In this document: positions 63,962 through 64,000 of the stretch, piece by piece
How positions within the stretch are numbered: the first letter of the stretch is position 1
Layout: each line of letters starts with the position of its first letter
Source: an uncultured Clostridia bacterium
GTDB taxonomy: Bacteria > Bacillota > Clostridia > UBA1381
Direction of reading: 5' to 3'
NCBI GenBank assembly: GCA_947624485.1
Contig: CANQKM010000007.1
Coordinates: 64,760-128,759, forward strand
DNA length: 64,000 nucleotides
Notes under the pieces: model-generated
What the model was told of the DNA's origin: nothing
The model's database searches: none
What the model saw: only the letters and a program-made list of their open reading frames with translations
Position numbers and translations under genes: made by a program

Positions 63962-64000
63962 TTACCTAAGCTGCGCTCCCAGTCTGTGTTCGAGAGAGCG
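63962..64000 (-). CDS. 3' end of an unidentified gene running out of the window
   Basis: The minus-strand frame reads ...RSLEHRLGAQLR then stop. A GCGGTGA-GAAA-TCACCGC hairpin followed by TATTTTT lies downstream. It is too short to identify. Confidence 0.3.
   Translation of the reverse strand, partial: RSLEHRLGAQLR

Overview
This is a 64-kb chromosomal window from a moderately high-GC, endospore-forming Clostridia-type Firmicute, judged from the gene content (cotJA-cotJB-cotJC, sleB, ypeB, spoIIR). All calls rest on reading the sequence and the supplied translations by eye; no searches were run. The backbone is housekeeping: feoB 3' end, lysA, tig-clpP-clpX, a stand-alone long-form leuA, glyA, rpmB, murA, rlmH, ridA, rnhA and one tRNA-Glu(CUC). 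Accessory content is interspersed. It comprises two BlaI/M56 (BlaR1-like) modules with non-canonical or missing sensor domains, an ECF-type sigma/anti-sigma pair, and a secreted C1 cysteine peptidase with a Pro-Thr linker. There are also pectin-type CAZymes (GH51, PL11-like, GH88), a WYL regulator beside a SWIM-finger protein, and two tandem XRE-HTH/TPR regulators next to the tRNA. The rest is a Y-family polymerase with YolD, a ydjG/ydjH/ydjI-like zinc-ribbon/TPM/SPFH module, a SNF2-SWIM helicase and an NlpC/P60 wall hydrolase. I saw no transposase, integrase, CRISPR array, rRNA or recognisable phage genes. The findings I rate highest are: (1) a classic Leu leader-peptide attenuator in front of leuA; (2) the tandem XRE-TPR pair, each carrying an identical 15-bp palindrome about 65 nt upstream of its predicted transcription start, with no visible peptide gene; (3) an orphan consensus promoter plus intrinsic terminator unit, a candidate ~135-nt sRNA, between those regulators and the tRNA; (4) a family of GC-rich multi-hairpin repeats that bracket an HD-domain gene and the sigma/anti-sigma module; (5) an uncharacterised SWIM-protein / micro-membrane-protein / WYL-regulator cluster; (6) a BlaR1-like sensor whose ectodomain has a free secreted paralogue encoded next door. 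None of these is proven to be a new system. Each needs the stated computation or experiment.
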